From assembly GCA_965207455.1 (NCBI GenBank), contig CBDBMJ010000001.1, positions 608,001-672,000 of the forward strand: DNA of 64,000 nt. The letters are read 5' to 3'. Numbering within the stretch: the first letter of the stretch is position 1; each line of letters begins with the position of its first letter. Below the pieces are notes generated by a model. The model was not told the DNA's origin. It was given only the letters and a program-made list of their open reading frames with translations, and made no database searches. Positions 29,406-39,231 of this stretch are shown here, piece after piece. Source of the stretch: Bdellovibrionota bacterium. GTDB lineage: Bacteria > Bdellovibrionota > UBA1018 > CAIPTA01 > JAALKR01. The position numbers and the translations under genes were made by a program.

Positions 29406-30245
29406 ATGTGGACTGCAATCAAAGAATATCGTCACTATATCCTTGCGGTTCTTCTTGTTATTTTGCCCCTCATTGCGCTGAATACTAGCAATAGGGAGCC
29501 AGCTAAGCTGTATTGGTGGGATAAAGGGATTTTGCGACTAGTTGCGCCAGTCCAAGGTGCGTTGAGTTGGGTTATTGGTTTTGTGGGAACGGGTGTGGGC
29601 GATTATTTTCTGCTGCTGGATGTCAAGCAGAATAGCAAGAAAGTAACTTTGGAGAATCGAAGACTGCTCCATGAGTTAGACGCTTTTGAGGAATTGGCTT
29701 TGGAGAATGAGCGTCTTCGGAAGTTAATGAAATTTTCCAGATCCACTCAGGGAAATAAAATTATGGCTCAAGTGATTGCTCAGGACATTTTATCTGCATT
29801 TCGAACGGTGCGACTGAATAAGGGAAGTGCAGACGGTGTGACAAAGGGGATGGCCGCTGTGACCTATGAGGGGATTGTGGGTCGAGTTTTGCGTGTGGAT
29901 TCCCATTATTCGGACGTGCTTACACTAGTGGACAGTTCCAGCAACGTGGCTTCTCTTATTCAAAGGAATCGTACCCGTGGTTTAGTGGAGGGTTATGAGG
30001 GAAATGTACTGCGCATGAAGTATGTGCGTAGGACAGACGACATACAGGTGGGAGATAATGTGATGAGTTCTGGAATTGGAGGTTTGTTTCCCAAGGGAGT
30101 GATGATTGGAAAAGTAGTTAAGGTTACGAAGAAGAGTTACGGTCTTACCCAGAACATTGAGGTGCATCCCAGTGTGGATTTTTCCACTCTAGAGGAGGTA
30201 ATGATTATTAAGCCTCAGAGTCGGGTGGAAAGTAAAAAGGAGTAG
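29406..30245 (+). CDS. mreC: Rod shape-determining protein MreC
   Basis: LENERLRKL coiled coil, LNKGSADGV, GIVGRV and SGIGGLFPKG motifs. Confidence 0.95.
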   Translation: MWTAIKEYRHYILAVLLVILPLIALNTSNREPAKLYWWDKGILRLVAPVQGALSWVIGFVGTGVGDYFLLLDVKQNSKKVTLENRRLLHELDAFEELALENERLRKLMKFSRSTQGNKIMAQVIAQDILSAFRTVRLNKGSADGVTKGMAAVTYEGIVGRVLRVDSHYSDVLTLVDSSSNVASLIQRNRTRGLVEGYEGNVLRMKYVRRTDDIQVGDNVMSSGIGGLFPKGVMIGKVVKVTKKSYGLTQNIEVHPSVDFSTLEEVMIIKPQSRVESKKE

Positions 30246-30249
30246 GGGA

Positions 30250-30786
30250 ATGGTAAAAGAAGTCTACCAGATTTTAAATGTACTTTGTTATCTTGTGTTG
30301 GCTATCATCTTTTGTGCCATTCAAACCGTGCTTTTGAAATTGCCATTTTTTAGTTGGATGCAGGTGGATTTAATTTTATTATTGGTTACCTATTTAGGGT
30401 TATTTAAAAGTATTACACAAGGAGCGATTCTTTCCTTGCTGATAGTGCATATAGTGGAGATCCACTCTGGAGCACCGGTGGGTTTGGTCCTAAGTTGTTA
30501 TAGCATTAGTTTTATTGTTACGTTGCTCACCAAGGATTTTTTTCTATTACAGGGGGCTTTTTCCAACATATTAGCTGGTGTGATGTCTGGCTTGGTTTGG
30601 AAGCTTGCATTTCTTGGTCTGGCCATATATTTAGGCATTTTTCCTAATGTATGGAGGCCCACATTGCAGTTTCTTATTCCCTTTCTTGTTGTGGAAGCCC
30701 TTTTAGCAAAATCAGTATTTTCTATTGGTCACAGTATTGAGCGATTGACGGATTTTGAAAGTCACACGAAATTAAGATTCCATTAA
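30250..30786 (+). CDS. mreD: Rod shape-determining protein MreD
   Basis: Hydrophobic 178 aa between mreC and mrdA. Confidence 0.75.
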   Translation: MVKEVYQILNVLCYLVLAIIFCAIQTVLLKLPFFSWMQVDLILLLVTYLGLFKSITQGAILSLLIVHIVEIHSGAPVGLVLSCYSISFIVTLLTKDFFLLQGAFSNILAGVMSGLVWKLAFLGLAIYLGIFPNVWRPTLQFLIPFLVVEALLAKSVFSIGHSIERLTDFESHTKLRFH

Positions 30787-30804
30787 GTAAAGAATAAATA
30801 CACT

Positions 30805-32799
30805 ATGCTTGGACAAGACGAACAATTACAAAACTATCAAGACCGATTCCAATATTTTTATATTATTCTCGTAATAGCAGGTTTAATTCTTGGTTCTCGT
30901 CTCTGGTATTTACAAATTCTTCAAGGGGATAATTTTCAGCGTATTTCGGAAGAAAATCGTTTAAAGACCGTTAAATTAACAGCTCCCCGTGGAATGATTT
31001 TTGATCGGAATCGGACTTTGATTTTAGATAATCAACCCAACTTTAATCTTTTTATTATACCACAGTATTTTCGGAAGGAATCAAAAAAAGAACAGGAAGA
31101 AATTTTAAATAAAGTTAGTGGCATTGTGAAAGTACCTAAAGAAAGAATAAAGAAAATTTTAAAGCGTGCTAAAAACCAACCAAGATTTCAACCAGTAATG
31201 ATTAAAAAAAATCTTACTCAGGATGAAGTAGCTCTTATTGAGATGGAGAAAATTGATTTAGTGGGCACTGAGGTGCATGTTGGGATTCAGCGGACCAGTA
31301 TATTTAATACTATCGGTGCCCATTTATTGGGTTATATTTCCCGAATTTCTCCATCGGAAATTCCCAAGCTTTGGAATTCTGGCAAAAAATATAACAAAAG
31401 TGATTATATTGGAAAATCTGGTTTGGAACAACAATGGGAGTCTACTTTGCGAGGGCAGGACGGTGTGGAGTACTTAGAGGTGGATGCTTTTGGGAGAAAG
31501 CAATCAACATCTGTGGGTGATTCCGTTTTAAGTAGTTTGAAGTCTCAGAAAGCAAAGCCGGGGAAAAATATTGTGCTTACCATAGATATGGACTTACAGT
31601 TAGAGGCTGCAAAAGCATTTGGAGAGGAAAAAACGGGAGCATTAGTGGCCATGGATCCCAATACAGGAGAAATACTGAGTATGTTGAGTTGGCCCAGTTT
31701 CGACAGTACTAAATTCTCCATAGGTATAAATTCCAAAGACTGGCAAAAGCTAATTAGAAACGAAGACAAACCCCTAAGAGACAAAACCATTCAAGATCAT
31801 TACAGTCCCGGCTCTGTTTTTAAAATTGTTTCTGCCATTGCTGGGCTAGAGGAAGGGATTATTACTCCATCCACCGTAGTTAATGGGGGTGGAAGTTTCC
31901 GTTTTGGTGGACGAAAATACCATGAATGGAAACGTTCCGGTTTTGGAAAAACAAGTATTATAAAAGCGCTATATCAAAGTGTGGATGTTTTTTTCTATAA
32001 GTTGGCTACTCGTATGGATATTGATATTTTAGCAAAATATTCTCGTATAATGGGCTTAGGGAAAAAAACAGGTGTGGCGCTACCAGGGGAGATTTCTGGT
32101 ATTGTGCCCACTAGGGAATGGAAGCTCAAGGAAATAGGCGAAGAATGGTTTGCGGGAGAAACTCTTTCCGTTATTATTGGTCAGGGGTACTTAACCACCA
32201 CTCCCATACAGCTTGCAAATTTGATTTCCATGGTGGCTAATGGAGGTACTTTGTATCGTCCCCAATTGATTAAACATATAGAAACCTTGGATGGAGAAAT
32301 TGTTGAAACCATGGAGCCAGAAATTATTTCTACATATCAGTTTAGTCCCACCACCTTAGCAGTGGTTCGTGAGGGGCTTGAAGGTGTGATCCATCATAAA
32401 AAAGGCACAGCAAGGGGACGAATTATTCCTGGGATTCGGGTTGCTGGAAAAACGGGCACAGTTCAAGTGATTCGATTTTCTCCTGAGAATATTTATAAAA
32501 AATGTAAGAAATTGGAGAAGAAATTCAGGCATCATGGAATTTTTGTGGCGTACGCTCCCGTAGACGATCCGAAAATTGCGGTGGCTGTGGTGGCAGAGCA
32601 TGCCTGCTCAGGCTCCAGTGGCGCAGCTCCCATTGCCATGAAGGTGATTAGAAAATATTTGAGCAAAACCATGAGCGAGAAATATGGAGAAAAAATCCTA
32701 GCAAAAGCCAATATTGTGTATTGGAGGAAAAGAATGAAAGAGATTGAGCGACAGAAAAAAGAAAAGGAATTGAAAAAAGCAAGACAAGCGGAAGAATAG
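30805..32799 (+). CDS. mrdA: Penicillin-binding protein 2
   Basis: APRGMIFDR, PGSVFK (SxxK), SVD and GKTGT motifs. Confidence 0.95.
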   Translation: MLGQDEQLQNYQDRFQYFYIILVIAGLILGSRLWYLQILQGDNFQRISEENRLKTVKLTAPRGMIFDRNRTLILDNQPNFNLFIIPQYFRKESKKEQEEILNKVSGIVKVPKERIKKILKRAKNQPRFQPVMIKKNLTQDEVALIEMEKIDLVGTEVHVGIQRTSIFNTIGAHLLGYISRISPSEIPKLWNSGKKYNKSDYIGKSGLEQQWESTLRGQDGVEYLEVDAFGRKQSTSVGDSVLSSLKSQKAKPGKNIVLTIDMDLQLEAAKAFGEEKTGALVAMDPNTGEILSMLSWPSFDSTKFSIGINSKDWQKLIRNEDKPLRDKTIQDHYSPGSVFKIVSAIAGLEEGIITPSTVVNGGGSFRFGGRKYHEWKRSGFGKTSIIKALYQSVDVFFYKLATRMDIDILAKYSRIMGLGKKTGVALPGEISGIVPTREWKLKEIGEEWFAGETLSVIIGQGYLTTTPIQLANLISMVANGGTLYRPQLIKHIETLDGEIVETMEPEIISTYQFSPTTLAVVREGLEGVIHHKKGTARGRIIPGIRVAGKTGTVQVIRFSPENIYKKCKKLEKKFRHHGIFVAYAPVDDPKIAVAVVAEHACSGSSGAAPIAMKVIRKYLSKTMSEKYGEKILAKANIVYWRKRMKEIERQKKEKELKKARQAEE

Positions 32800-32826
32800 C
32801 AATAAAATAGCAAGTGGACTAAAATT

Positions 32827-33921
32827 ATGTTGAATCAAAATATTAAAAATTTAAATTTCCAAATAATTTTTATAACTTTAATTCTCATTGCCGTGGGTAT
32901 GATGAATCTCTATTCAGCTACTAGCGATGGCGGGCAAAATCTCACCTATTGGAAAGCCCATCTATCTCGATTTTTCGTGGGTCTGGTGTTTGTGGTTTTT
33001 CTCTTATTTATTCACTATAGAATTTTGGAGCGCTTTGCTTACCTAGCCTACGCTCTTAATATACTGGCTTTAGTTGCGGTGTTGGTATTGGGTGAATCCG
33101 TGCTTGGTTCCACCCGTTGGATTTTCTTGGGACCGTTGACCATTCAGCCGTCAGAATTTATGAAAATCACCATGGTATGGACTTTGGCAAAATATTTTCA
33201 CAATGATAGGAGGCGAGACTCCTATGGAATTACCAGTCTATGGATACCTGCACTCTTAGTGGGTTTACCAACGGGACTCATCATGGTGCAGCCCGATCTA
33301 GGTACTGCTTTAATTCTTTTAGTCACCAGTGCTTGCATGTTTATTTTTATAAAAATAAATTCCAGACTTTTAATTACAATTTCTTTAGCTATTATTGTTT
33401 TCCTGCCCGTAGCCTATAAATTTATTTTAAAGGACTATCAACGGCAACGTATTATTTCCTTTATTAATCCACAAGCGGACCCCCTTGGAGCCGGCTACAA
33501 CTCCATTCAATCCATGATTGCTATTGGTAGTGGAAAATTTCTAGGAAAGGGTTTTAATCAAGGCACTCAGTCTCAATTAAAATTTTTGCCAGAGCAGCAC
33601 ACAGATTTTATTTTTAGTGTGTTTGCGGAGGAGCATGGTTTCCTTTGGTCTATTCTGCTCATAATCCTCTTTTTTCTTTTTCTTTTTCAAGGGCTTCGAA
33701 TCTCCAGTGGATCCAACGATAAATTTGCCATGTTATTTTCCCTTGGGCTGGTGATTGTATTTTTCTCCCATATTGTGATTAATATTGGTATGAGCATGGG
33801 AATTATGCCTGTAGTGGGCGTACCCTTGCCTTTTATGAGTTTTGGTGGCTCCTATCTTGTTTCTTGCATGATTGCTGTGGGAGTGTTAGCTAATATTTCC
33901 AACAAGAAATCTATGTTTTGA
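32827..33921 (+). CDS. rodA: SEDS peptidoglycan polymerase RodA
   Basis: IQPSEFMK, QPDLGT, PEQHTDFIFS and PLPFMSFGGS motifs. Confidence 0.95.
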   Translation: MLNQNIKNLNFQIIFITLILIAVGMMNLYSATSDGGQNLTYWKAHLSRFFVGLVFVVFLLFIHYRILERFAYLAYALNILALVAVLVLGESVLGSTRWIFLGPLTIQPSEFMKITMVWTLAKYFHNDRRRDSYGITSLWIPALLVGLPTGLIMVQPDLGTALILLVTSACMFIFIKINSRLLITISLAIIVFLPVAYKFILKDYQRQRIISFINPQADPLGAGYNSIQSMIAIGSGKFLGKGFNQGTQSQLKFLPEQHTDFIFSVFAEEHGFLWSILLIILFFLFLFQGLRISSGSNDKFAMLFSLGLVIVFFSHIVINIGMSMGIMPVVGVPLPFMSFGGSYLVSCMIAVGVLANISNKKSMF

Positions 33922-33924
33922 GAA

Positions 33925-34935
33925 ATGGAAAAAATTATGGAAAAACCACCTTTTCGATCATTTAAGAATATGCTTCTAGAGCGCTATGGAGTGCGTACCT
34001 ATAAGCTTACTTTAAACGGAGGTATCTCTTGCCCCACAAGAGACGGCACTTTTGGTCCTAAAAAGGGATGGGGAGGTTGTTCTTTTTGTGATGTCTCTGG
34101 AAGTGCGAGCTTTTATGCAGGAAATAATCAAGCTCTTCCCATCAAAAAGCAACTGGAGCGAGCCACCCTGGGGGTGCAAAAACGATTTAAAGCAGAAAAA
34201 TTTATAGCTTATTTTCAAAGCTATACCACCACCTTGGATGATTTAAAAAAATTTCAAGATCAATACCAGGATGCCATTCATTTCCCTAACATAGTGGCGT
34301 TAGCGGTGGCTACTCGCCCGGATTGTTTGCCTGATGAGTTTTTGGAGATGCTTGTTGAGTACTTAGATACGGTGGACGTACAACTAGAATTGGGGATCCA
34401 AAGTTTCCACAACCCCACCTTGGACTGGTACCAGCGAGGACATACAGCAGAGGTAGCCATAGAGTCTATTCAGCGTTCTGTTGCCTTTCGCGATCGAGCC
34501 AAAGCCAAAGAAAAAGCCAGAACCAGAGGAAAACAAGGCACTTTGGATGTATTTGTGCATTTGATTTTTGGAGCACCCCTCACTGCGACAAAAACAGATC
34601 CAAAGGAAGAAATCATTCGAACAGCTCACCTATTAAATGAGCTTAAGGTAGATGGTGTGAAAATTCATAACCTGCATATCTTGAAAAAAACAAAGCTAGC
34701 ATATTTATACCAAAAATCTCCTTTTCCTTTACTCAGTTTAGAGGAGCACTTGGAAATGGTAATGCTATTCCTTCGCCACCTTCACCCCAGCATTGTTATA
34801 CTTCGCATCCATGGAGCGGCCTCTAGGGAGGAGGATTTGTTAGCTCCCCGGTGGTCCAATCAAAGGGCCTATCCAGCCCAGCGCCTTGCCCTATTGATGC
34901 AAAAAAATGGTTGGCAACAGGGGGATCAGCTTTGA
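33925..34935 (+). CDS. TIGR01212/YhcC-family radical SAM protein
   Basis: CPTRDG..GGCSFC, YFQSYT, TRPDC and GVKIHNL motifs. Confidence 0.9.
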   Translation: MEKIMEKPPFRSFKNMLLERYGVRTYKLTLNGGISCPTRDGTFGPKKGWGGCSFCDVSGSASFYAGNNQALPIKKQLERATLGVQKRFKAEKFIAYFQSYTTTLDDLKKFQDQYQDAIHFPNIVALAVATRPDCLPDEFLEMLVEYLDTVDVQLELGIQSFHNPTLDWYQRGHTAEVAIESIQRSVAFRDRAKAKEKARTRGKQGTLDVFVHLIFGAPLTATKTDPKEEIIRTAHLLNELKVDGVKIHNLHILKKTKLAYLYQKSPFPLLSLEEHLEMVMLFLRHLHPSIVILRIHGAASREEDLLAPRWSNQRAYPAQRLALLMQKNGWQQGDQL

Positions 34936-35684
34936 TCCTGCCGTACCAGTGCCATAGCGATGGCGCTTGCGGTGGCAGCATTAAGAGAGGGAAAGTTTTT
35001 TTGAGTGTGGATCCGTACCAGGTGGTCGCAGTTTTTTAGTACCAGTGGGCGTATGCCTTTTTCTTCATTTCCAACCACGAGGGCAGATGGAGTAGTAAAG
35101 CTTAGGTTGCCTAGGTTTTCTTTTCCATGCTCACTCAATCCATATATCCATATCCCAGCCTTTTGAGCTGTTTGTAGGGCGCTTGCCATATTAACAACTT
35201 TTGCAATGGGCACATGGGCAAAGCCGCCGGAAGAAATTTTAATGGCTGTGGGAGTAAGTGGTGCCGTTCGGTGTTCTGTAATTACCAAACCGTCTAGGGA
35301 AAAAGCAGCGGCACTTCGGAGGATGGCGCCTAGGTTTTGAGGATCGGTAATGGAGTCAATAAATAGGAGTAGGCCTGAGGGCTTAGTGGTGATTTTTTTT
35401 ATTAACTCTCCATAGTCCGCATAGGGAAATTTAGGTATTTGGGCGAATATTCCTTGGCTGGAATGGATCTCCTCTATTTTTCCTCCCATTTTTTGAAAAG
35501 TTTTTCCATAGGAGGATTGATCTCTCATTTCTTGCCATGGGATTTTTTGTTTTTGTGCCATTTTCTTAAGGACATCCGTTCTGGCACTATTGCTCGCTCC
35601 TTTGGTTTTGGAAACATAAATAGAAGAAATTTCAGCGCCTTTTTGGAGCAAGGCTTCGATACTGTGGAAACCATAAATAATCAC
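34926..35684 (-). CDS. rlmB: 23S rRNA G2251 2'-O-methyltransferase
   Basis: IYGFHSI, DPQNLGAILRSA, GNEEKG and SLNAA SPOUT motifs. Confidence 0.9.
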   Translation of the reverse strand: MIIYGFHSIEALLQKGAEISSIYVSKTKGASNSARTDVLKKMAQKQKIPWQEMRDQSSYGKTFQKMGGKIEEIHSSQGIFAQIPKFPYADYGELIKKITTKPSGLLLFIDSITDPQNLGAILRSAAAFSLDGLVITEHRTAPLTPTAIKISSGGFAHVPIAKVVNMASALQTAQKAGIWIYGLSEHGKENLGNLSFTTPSALVVGNEEKGIRPLVLKNCDHLVRIHTQKNFPSLNAATASAIAMALVRQDQS

Positions 35685-36358
35685 AGGGAATTTAGTACTT
35701 CTTGGAGTGTGGCCACTGGGTCAGGTGCTTGGTATATGGATCTGCCCATAACAATAAAATGGGCATGGTTCTGAGCTGCTTCTTGGGGTGTGGCAGATCG
35801 TTTTTGATCGTTAGTGTGTTCATTTTGCAATCGTATGCCAGGCACTACAGTGATAAAATCTTTACCGCAACTATTACGAATGGAGGGCAGGTCATGGGCA
35901 GAGCACACCACACCATCCAAGCCCCACTTCTTTCCCTGTCTTGCCAAATGTAGTGTTTGTTCTTCAATGGATTGGACGCCATACATATCTTCTTGAGATA
36001 GGCTGGTGAGTACAGTAACGCCCAAGAGTTTAGGAGGGTTCTTTGTTTTTTCCAGTGCGTTTCTAGCGGCAGCAATCATGGCTTCTCCGCCTGCAATGTG
36101 TACATTAATCCAGCCCACGCCTAGGTGGCTTATTTGGTTAATGGAATGGGCTACAGTGTTAGGTATGTCGTGAAATTTTAAATCTAAAAAAATTTTAGCT
36201 CCATCATCTACCATTTTACGAACAAAGGGAGCCCCAGCCCCACAGAAAAGTTCTAATCCAATTTTAAAATGGGAGTGTATGGGACGAACTTGTTGATAAA
36301 AATCCCAAGCTTGAGATTCATCGGAAAAGTCTAGTGCGCAAAAAATATTTGTTTTCAT
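35681..36358 (-). CDS. pyrF: Orotidine-5'-phosphate decarboxylase
   Basis: FLDLKFHDIPNTV, VTVLTS and PGIR motifs; start refined. Confidence 0.95.
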   Translation of the reverse strand: MKTNIFCALDFSDESQAWDFYQQVRPIHSHFKIGLELFCGAGAPFVRKMVDDGAKIFLDLKFHDIPNTVAHSINQISHLGVGWINVHIAGGEAMIAAARNALEKTKNPPKLLGVTVLTSLSQEDMYGVQSIEEQTLHLARQGKKWGLDGVVCSAHDLPSIRNSCGKDFITVVPGIRLQNEHTNDQKRSATPQEAAQNHAHFIVMGRSIYQAPDPVATLQEVLNSL

Positions 36359-36362
36359 GGAG

Positions 36363-37823
36363 CTAGTAGGCTTTCGCAAATAAAACCTTCTGCTTGGATG
36401 GTTTTTTGGTTTTAATACATTCGCCGTCTTCAAGTGGGTTGTTGAGTGGTATACACCGAATGGTTGCTTTTGTTTCTTTTTTTATTAACGCTTCTGTTTC
36501 AGCTGTTCCGTCCCAGTGGGCGCGCACAAAGCCACCTTTTCCTTCCAGTGCTTCTTGGAATTCTTTATAGTTTTTCACGTCTACGGTATGATCTTCATGG
36601 AATTTTTTCGACCGTTCCAAAAGGCCATTTTGTATTTCCAACAATAAATCCATTACGGTGGCAGGTATATTGGTTATCTCTGTGGGTCGTTTTTCTCCAG
36701 AATCTCTGCGTACCAATATGCCTTGATTTTTTTCCAGATCCTTTGGACCAATTTCAATACGAAGGGGTACTCCTTTCATTTCCCATTCGTGGAACTTCCA
36801 TCCCAGGGAATTGTGTTCGTCTGAATCGATATGTACGTTGATGGCTTCTCCCAGGTCAACTTTTTGGGTTGGCCATGACTGAATAGAGGCTGCTAGTAAC
36901 TTGCTTTGACTGAGTACTTTTTCTTTTTGCTCTTTTGTTTTATAAATAGGAAGAATCACAACATGGATGGGTGCGAGTCTAGGAGGAAGTACAAGCCCTT
37001 TATCATCACTGTGGGACATAATAAGAGCACCAACTAAACGGGTGGAGACCCCCCAACTGGTTTGGTATACAAAATCCCTGCCGCCTGATTCAGTTTGAAA
37101 TTCTGTATTAAAAGCTTTTGCGAAGTTTTGCCCCAGATAGTGGGATGTGCCTGCTTGCAATGCTTTTCCATCTTGCATCAGGGCTTCAATACAAAAAGTA
37201 TCCACGGCACCTGCAAATCTTTCGGACTCTGTTTTTTGACCACAGATTACGGGTATGGCCATGTATTTTTCTGCAAACTCACGATATACATCCAGCATTT
37301 TTAAAGTTTCCTTACGGGCCTCTTTCTCTGTGGCGTGACAAGTATGTCCCTCCTGCCAAAGAAATTCAGTGGTTCGTAAAAAAGGACGTGTGCGCATTTC
37401 CCAACGAACCACATTGGCCCATTGGTTGATCAAAATGGGCAAATCCCGGTGGCTTTGCACCCATTTAGAAAACATGGAGTTAATAATTGTTTCGGAAGTG
37501 GGTCGTACCACATAGGGCTCGTCTAGTTTTTTCCCTCCTGCGTGGGTAACAACAGCCAACTCTGGAGCAAATCCCTTCACATGTTGTGCTTCTTTTTTTA
37601 AAAAACTTTCAGGAATAAGCAGAGGGAAATAGGCATTTTCATGACCAGTGTCTTTAAAGTATTTGTTTAGTATTTTTTGCATTTTTTCCCAAATGGCATA
37701 ACCGTATGGTCGAATTACCATACATCCCTTTACAGGGGAGTAATCCGCAAGCTTAGCCTTGTGTACAATATCTAAATACCAAGATGAGAAATCTTCCGAT
37801 CGGCTGGTGAGTTTTTTTGCCAT
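36363..37823 (-). CDS. proS: Proline--tRNA ligase, archaeal/eukaryotic-like type
   Basis: [14 protein letters not shown] and QTSWGVSTR motifs; no INS editing domain; ends VLFAKAY. Confidence 0.97.
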   Translation of the reverse strand: MAKKLTSRSEDFSSWYLDIVHKAKLADYSPVKGCMVIRPYGYAIWEKMQKILNKYFKDTGHENAYFPLLIPESFLKKEAQHVKGFAPELAVVTHAGGKKLDEPYVVRPTSETIINSMFSKWVQSHRDLPILINQWANVVRWEMRTRPFLRTTEFLWQEGHTCHATEKEARKETLKMLDVYREFAEKYMAIPVICGQKTESERFAGAVDTFCIEALMQDGKALQAGTSHYLGQNFAKAFNTEFQTESGGRDFVYQTSWGVSTRLVGALIMSHSDDKGLVLPPRLAPIHVVILPIYKTKEQKEKVLSQSKLLAASIQSWPTQKVDLGEAINVHIDSDEHNSLGWKFHEWEMKGVPLRIEIGPKDLEKNQGILVRRDSGEKRPTEITNIPATVMDLLLEIQNGLLERSKKFHEDHTVDVKNYKEFQEALEGKGGFVRAHWDGTAETEALIKKETKATIRCIPLNNPLEDGECIKTKKPSKQKVLFAKAY

Positions 37824-37824
37824 T

Positions 37825-39231
37825 CTATTTATCCCTTTCTTGGTCTAGGCTACGAATATTCAGCATTTTCATTTTCCTATACAAATGAGTTCGCTCTATT
37901 CCCAGCACTTGGGCTGTTTTTGATATGTTCCATTCATGGGTTCGAAGTTTTGTTAAGATAAATTCACGTTCAAAATTGCTTTTTGCGTCTCGAAGGGATT
38001 TTTTTGATGGGTTTTCAGGGTCTACCATGAAATATAAGGATCCTGTGTTCACAGTGTCTTTTAGAAATGATTTTTTGTTTGCTATGGGAAGATCGTCCAC
38101 AGTGATTTCATCGGTATGCTTCATGATACTTAGTCGTTCGGCCATATTTTTTAACTCACGAACATTTCCCGGCCAATCAAATTGTTGCACTATTTGGCTG
38201 GCTTCTTTACTTAAGCGTTTAGGGCTTTTGCAAAACTCATGGGCGTAGCGATTAAAATAATATCTAAATAAAGGTATAATATCTTCCCGTCTATCTCTTA
38301 AGGCAGGAACATGGATGGGAATAACATTGAGTCGATAGTAGAGGTCTTTACGAAAACGCCCTGTTTTAATTTCCTGTAAAAGATTTTTATTGGTAGCTGC
38401 AATCACTCGCACATCCACTTGATGGGTTTGGCTTCCACCAATACGTTCAAAACGCTGTTCCTGGAGTATGCGCAGAATTTTTGCCTGAGTTTTTAAGCTC
38501 ATATCCGCTATTTCGTCTAAGAAAAGCGTGCCTCCATTGGCTAGGTCGAATTTTCCTCGCTTGGGTTGAGTGGCTCCCGTAAAGGCTCCCTTCTCATGAC
38601 CAAAAAGTTCACTTTCGATTAAATCCTCTGGAATGGCCGCACAATTCAATTCAATAAAAGGCTTATCCTGTCGGGAAGAGTTACTATGAATGGCAGAAGC
38701 CACCAGTTCCTTGCCCGTTCCATTCTCTCCCATAATTAAAACCCAACTTTGCCTGGGGGCTATGGTGTGAATTTGATCTTTTAGCTCTACCATGGCTGGA
38801 GCAGAGCCTATCATTTCCATTTTTCCATGCACCACTGTGCGTAGGCGTATATTTTCTTTATACAAATCGCTAAAGGCCGTGGCGTTATCTAAAATCACCA
38901 GAAGCTTATCCAAAGAAAGGGGCTTTTCCACAAAATCATAAGCGCCTAACTTTGTGGCCTTTACAGCCGTTGCCACATTGGCGTGTCCACTCATTACAAC
39001 GCTCACCAGGTCTGGATAGAGCTCCTTGATTTCCCGTAAAACCTTTAATCCATCCATGCCGGGGAGCCAGATATCCAGGAGTAAAAGATCGAAGTTTTTT
39101 TCTCTCAGGACATCCAGAGCTTTTTCCCCGGAGTCGGTGGTGCTCACGTCGAAACCCTCGTCCGTTAAAGCTCCTAGGAGAGACTGGAGAATAGACGGTT
39201 CATCGTCTACTATAAGAATACTACGCTTCAT
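37825..39231 (-). CDS. ntrX: Sigma54-dependent response regulator NtrX
   Basis: REC domain, [22 protein letters not shown] and Fis-type HTH. Confidence 0.85.
   Translation of the reverse strand: MKRSILIVDDEPSILQSLLGALTDEGFDVSTTDSGEKALDVLREKNFDLLLLDIWLPGMDGLKVLREIKELYPDLVSVVMSGHANVATAVKATKLGAYDFVEKPLSLDKLLVILDNATAFSDLYKENIRLRTVVHGKMEMIGSAPAMVELKDQIHTIAPRQSWVLIMGENGTGKELVASAIHSNSSRQDKPFIELNCAAIPEDLIESELFGHEKGAFTGATQPKRGKFDLANGGTLFLDEIADMSLKTQAKILRILQEQRFERIGGSQTHQVDVRVIAATNKNLLQEIKTGRFRKDLYYRLNVIPIHVPALRDRREDIIPLFRYYFNRYAHEFCKSPKRLSKEASQIVQQFDWPGNVRELKNMAERLSIMKHTDEITVDDLPIANKKSFLKDTVNTGSLYFMVDPENPSKKSLRDAKSNFEREFILTKLRTHEWNISKTAQVLGIERTHLYRKMKMLNIRSLDQERDK

Noticed and set aside
36363..37823. 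Eukaryote/archaeal-type ProRS as recent horizontal transfer
   Set aside because: This type is widespread in many bacterial phyla and sits in a normal operon context.
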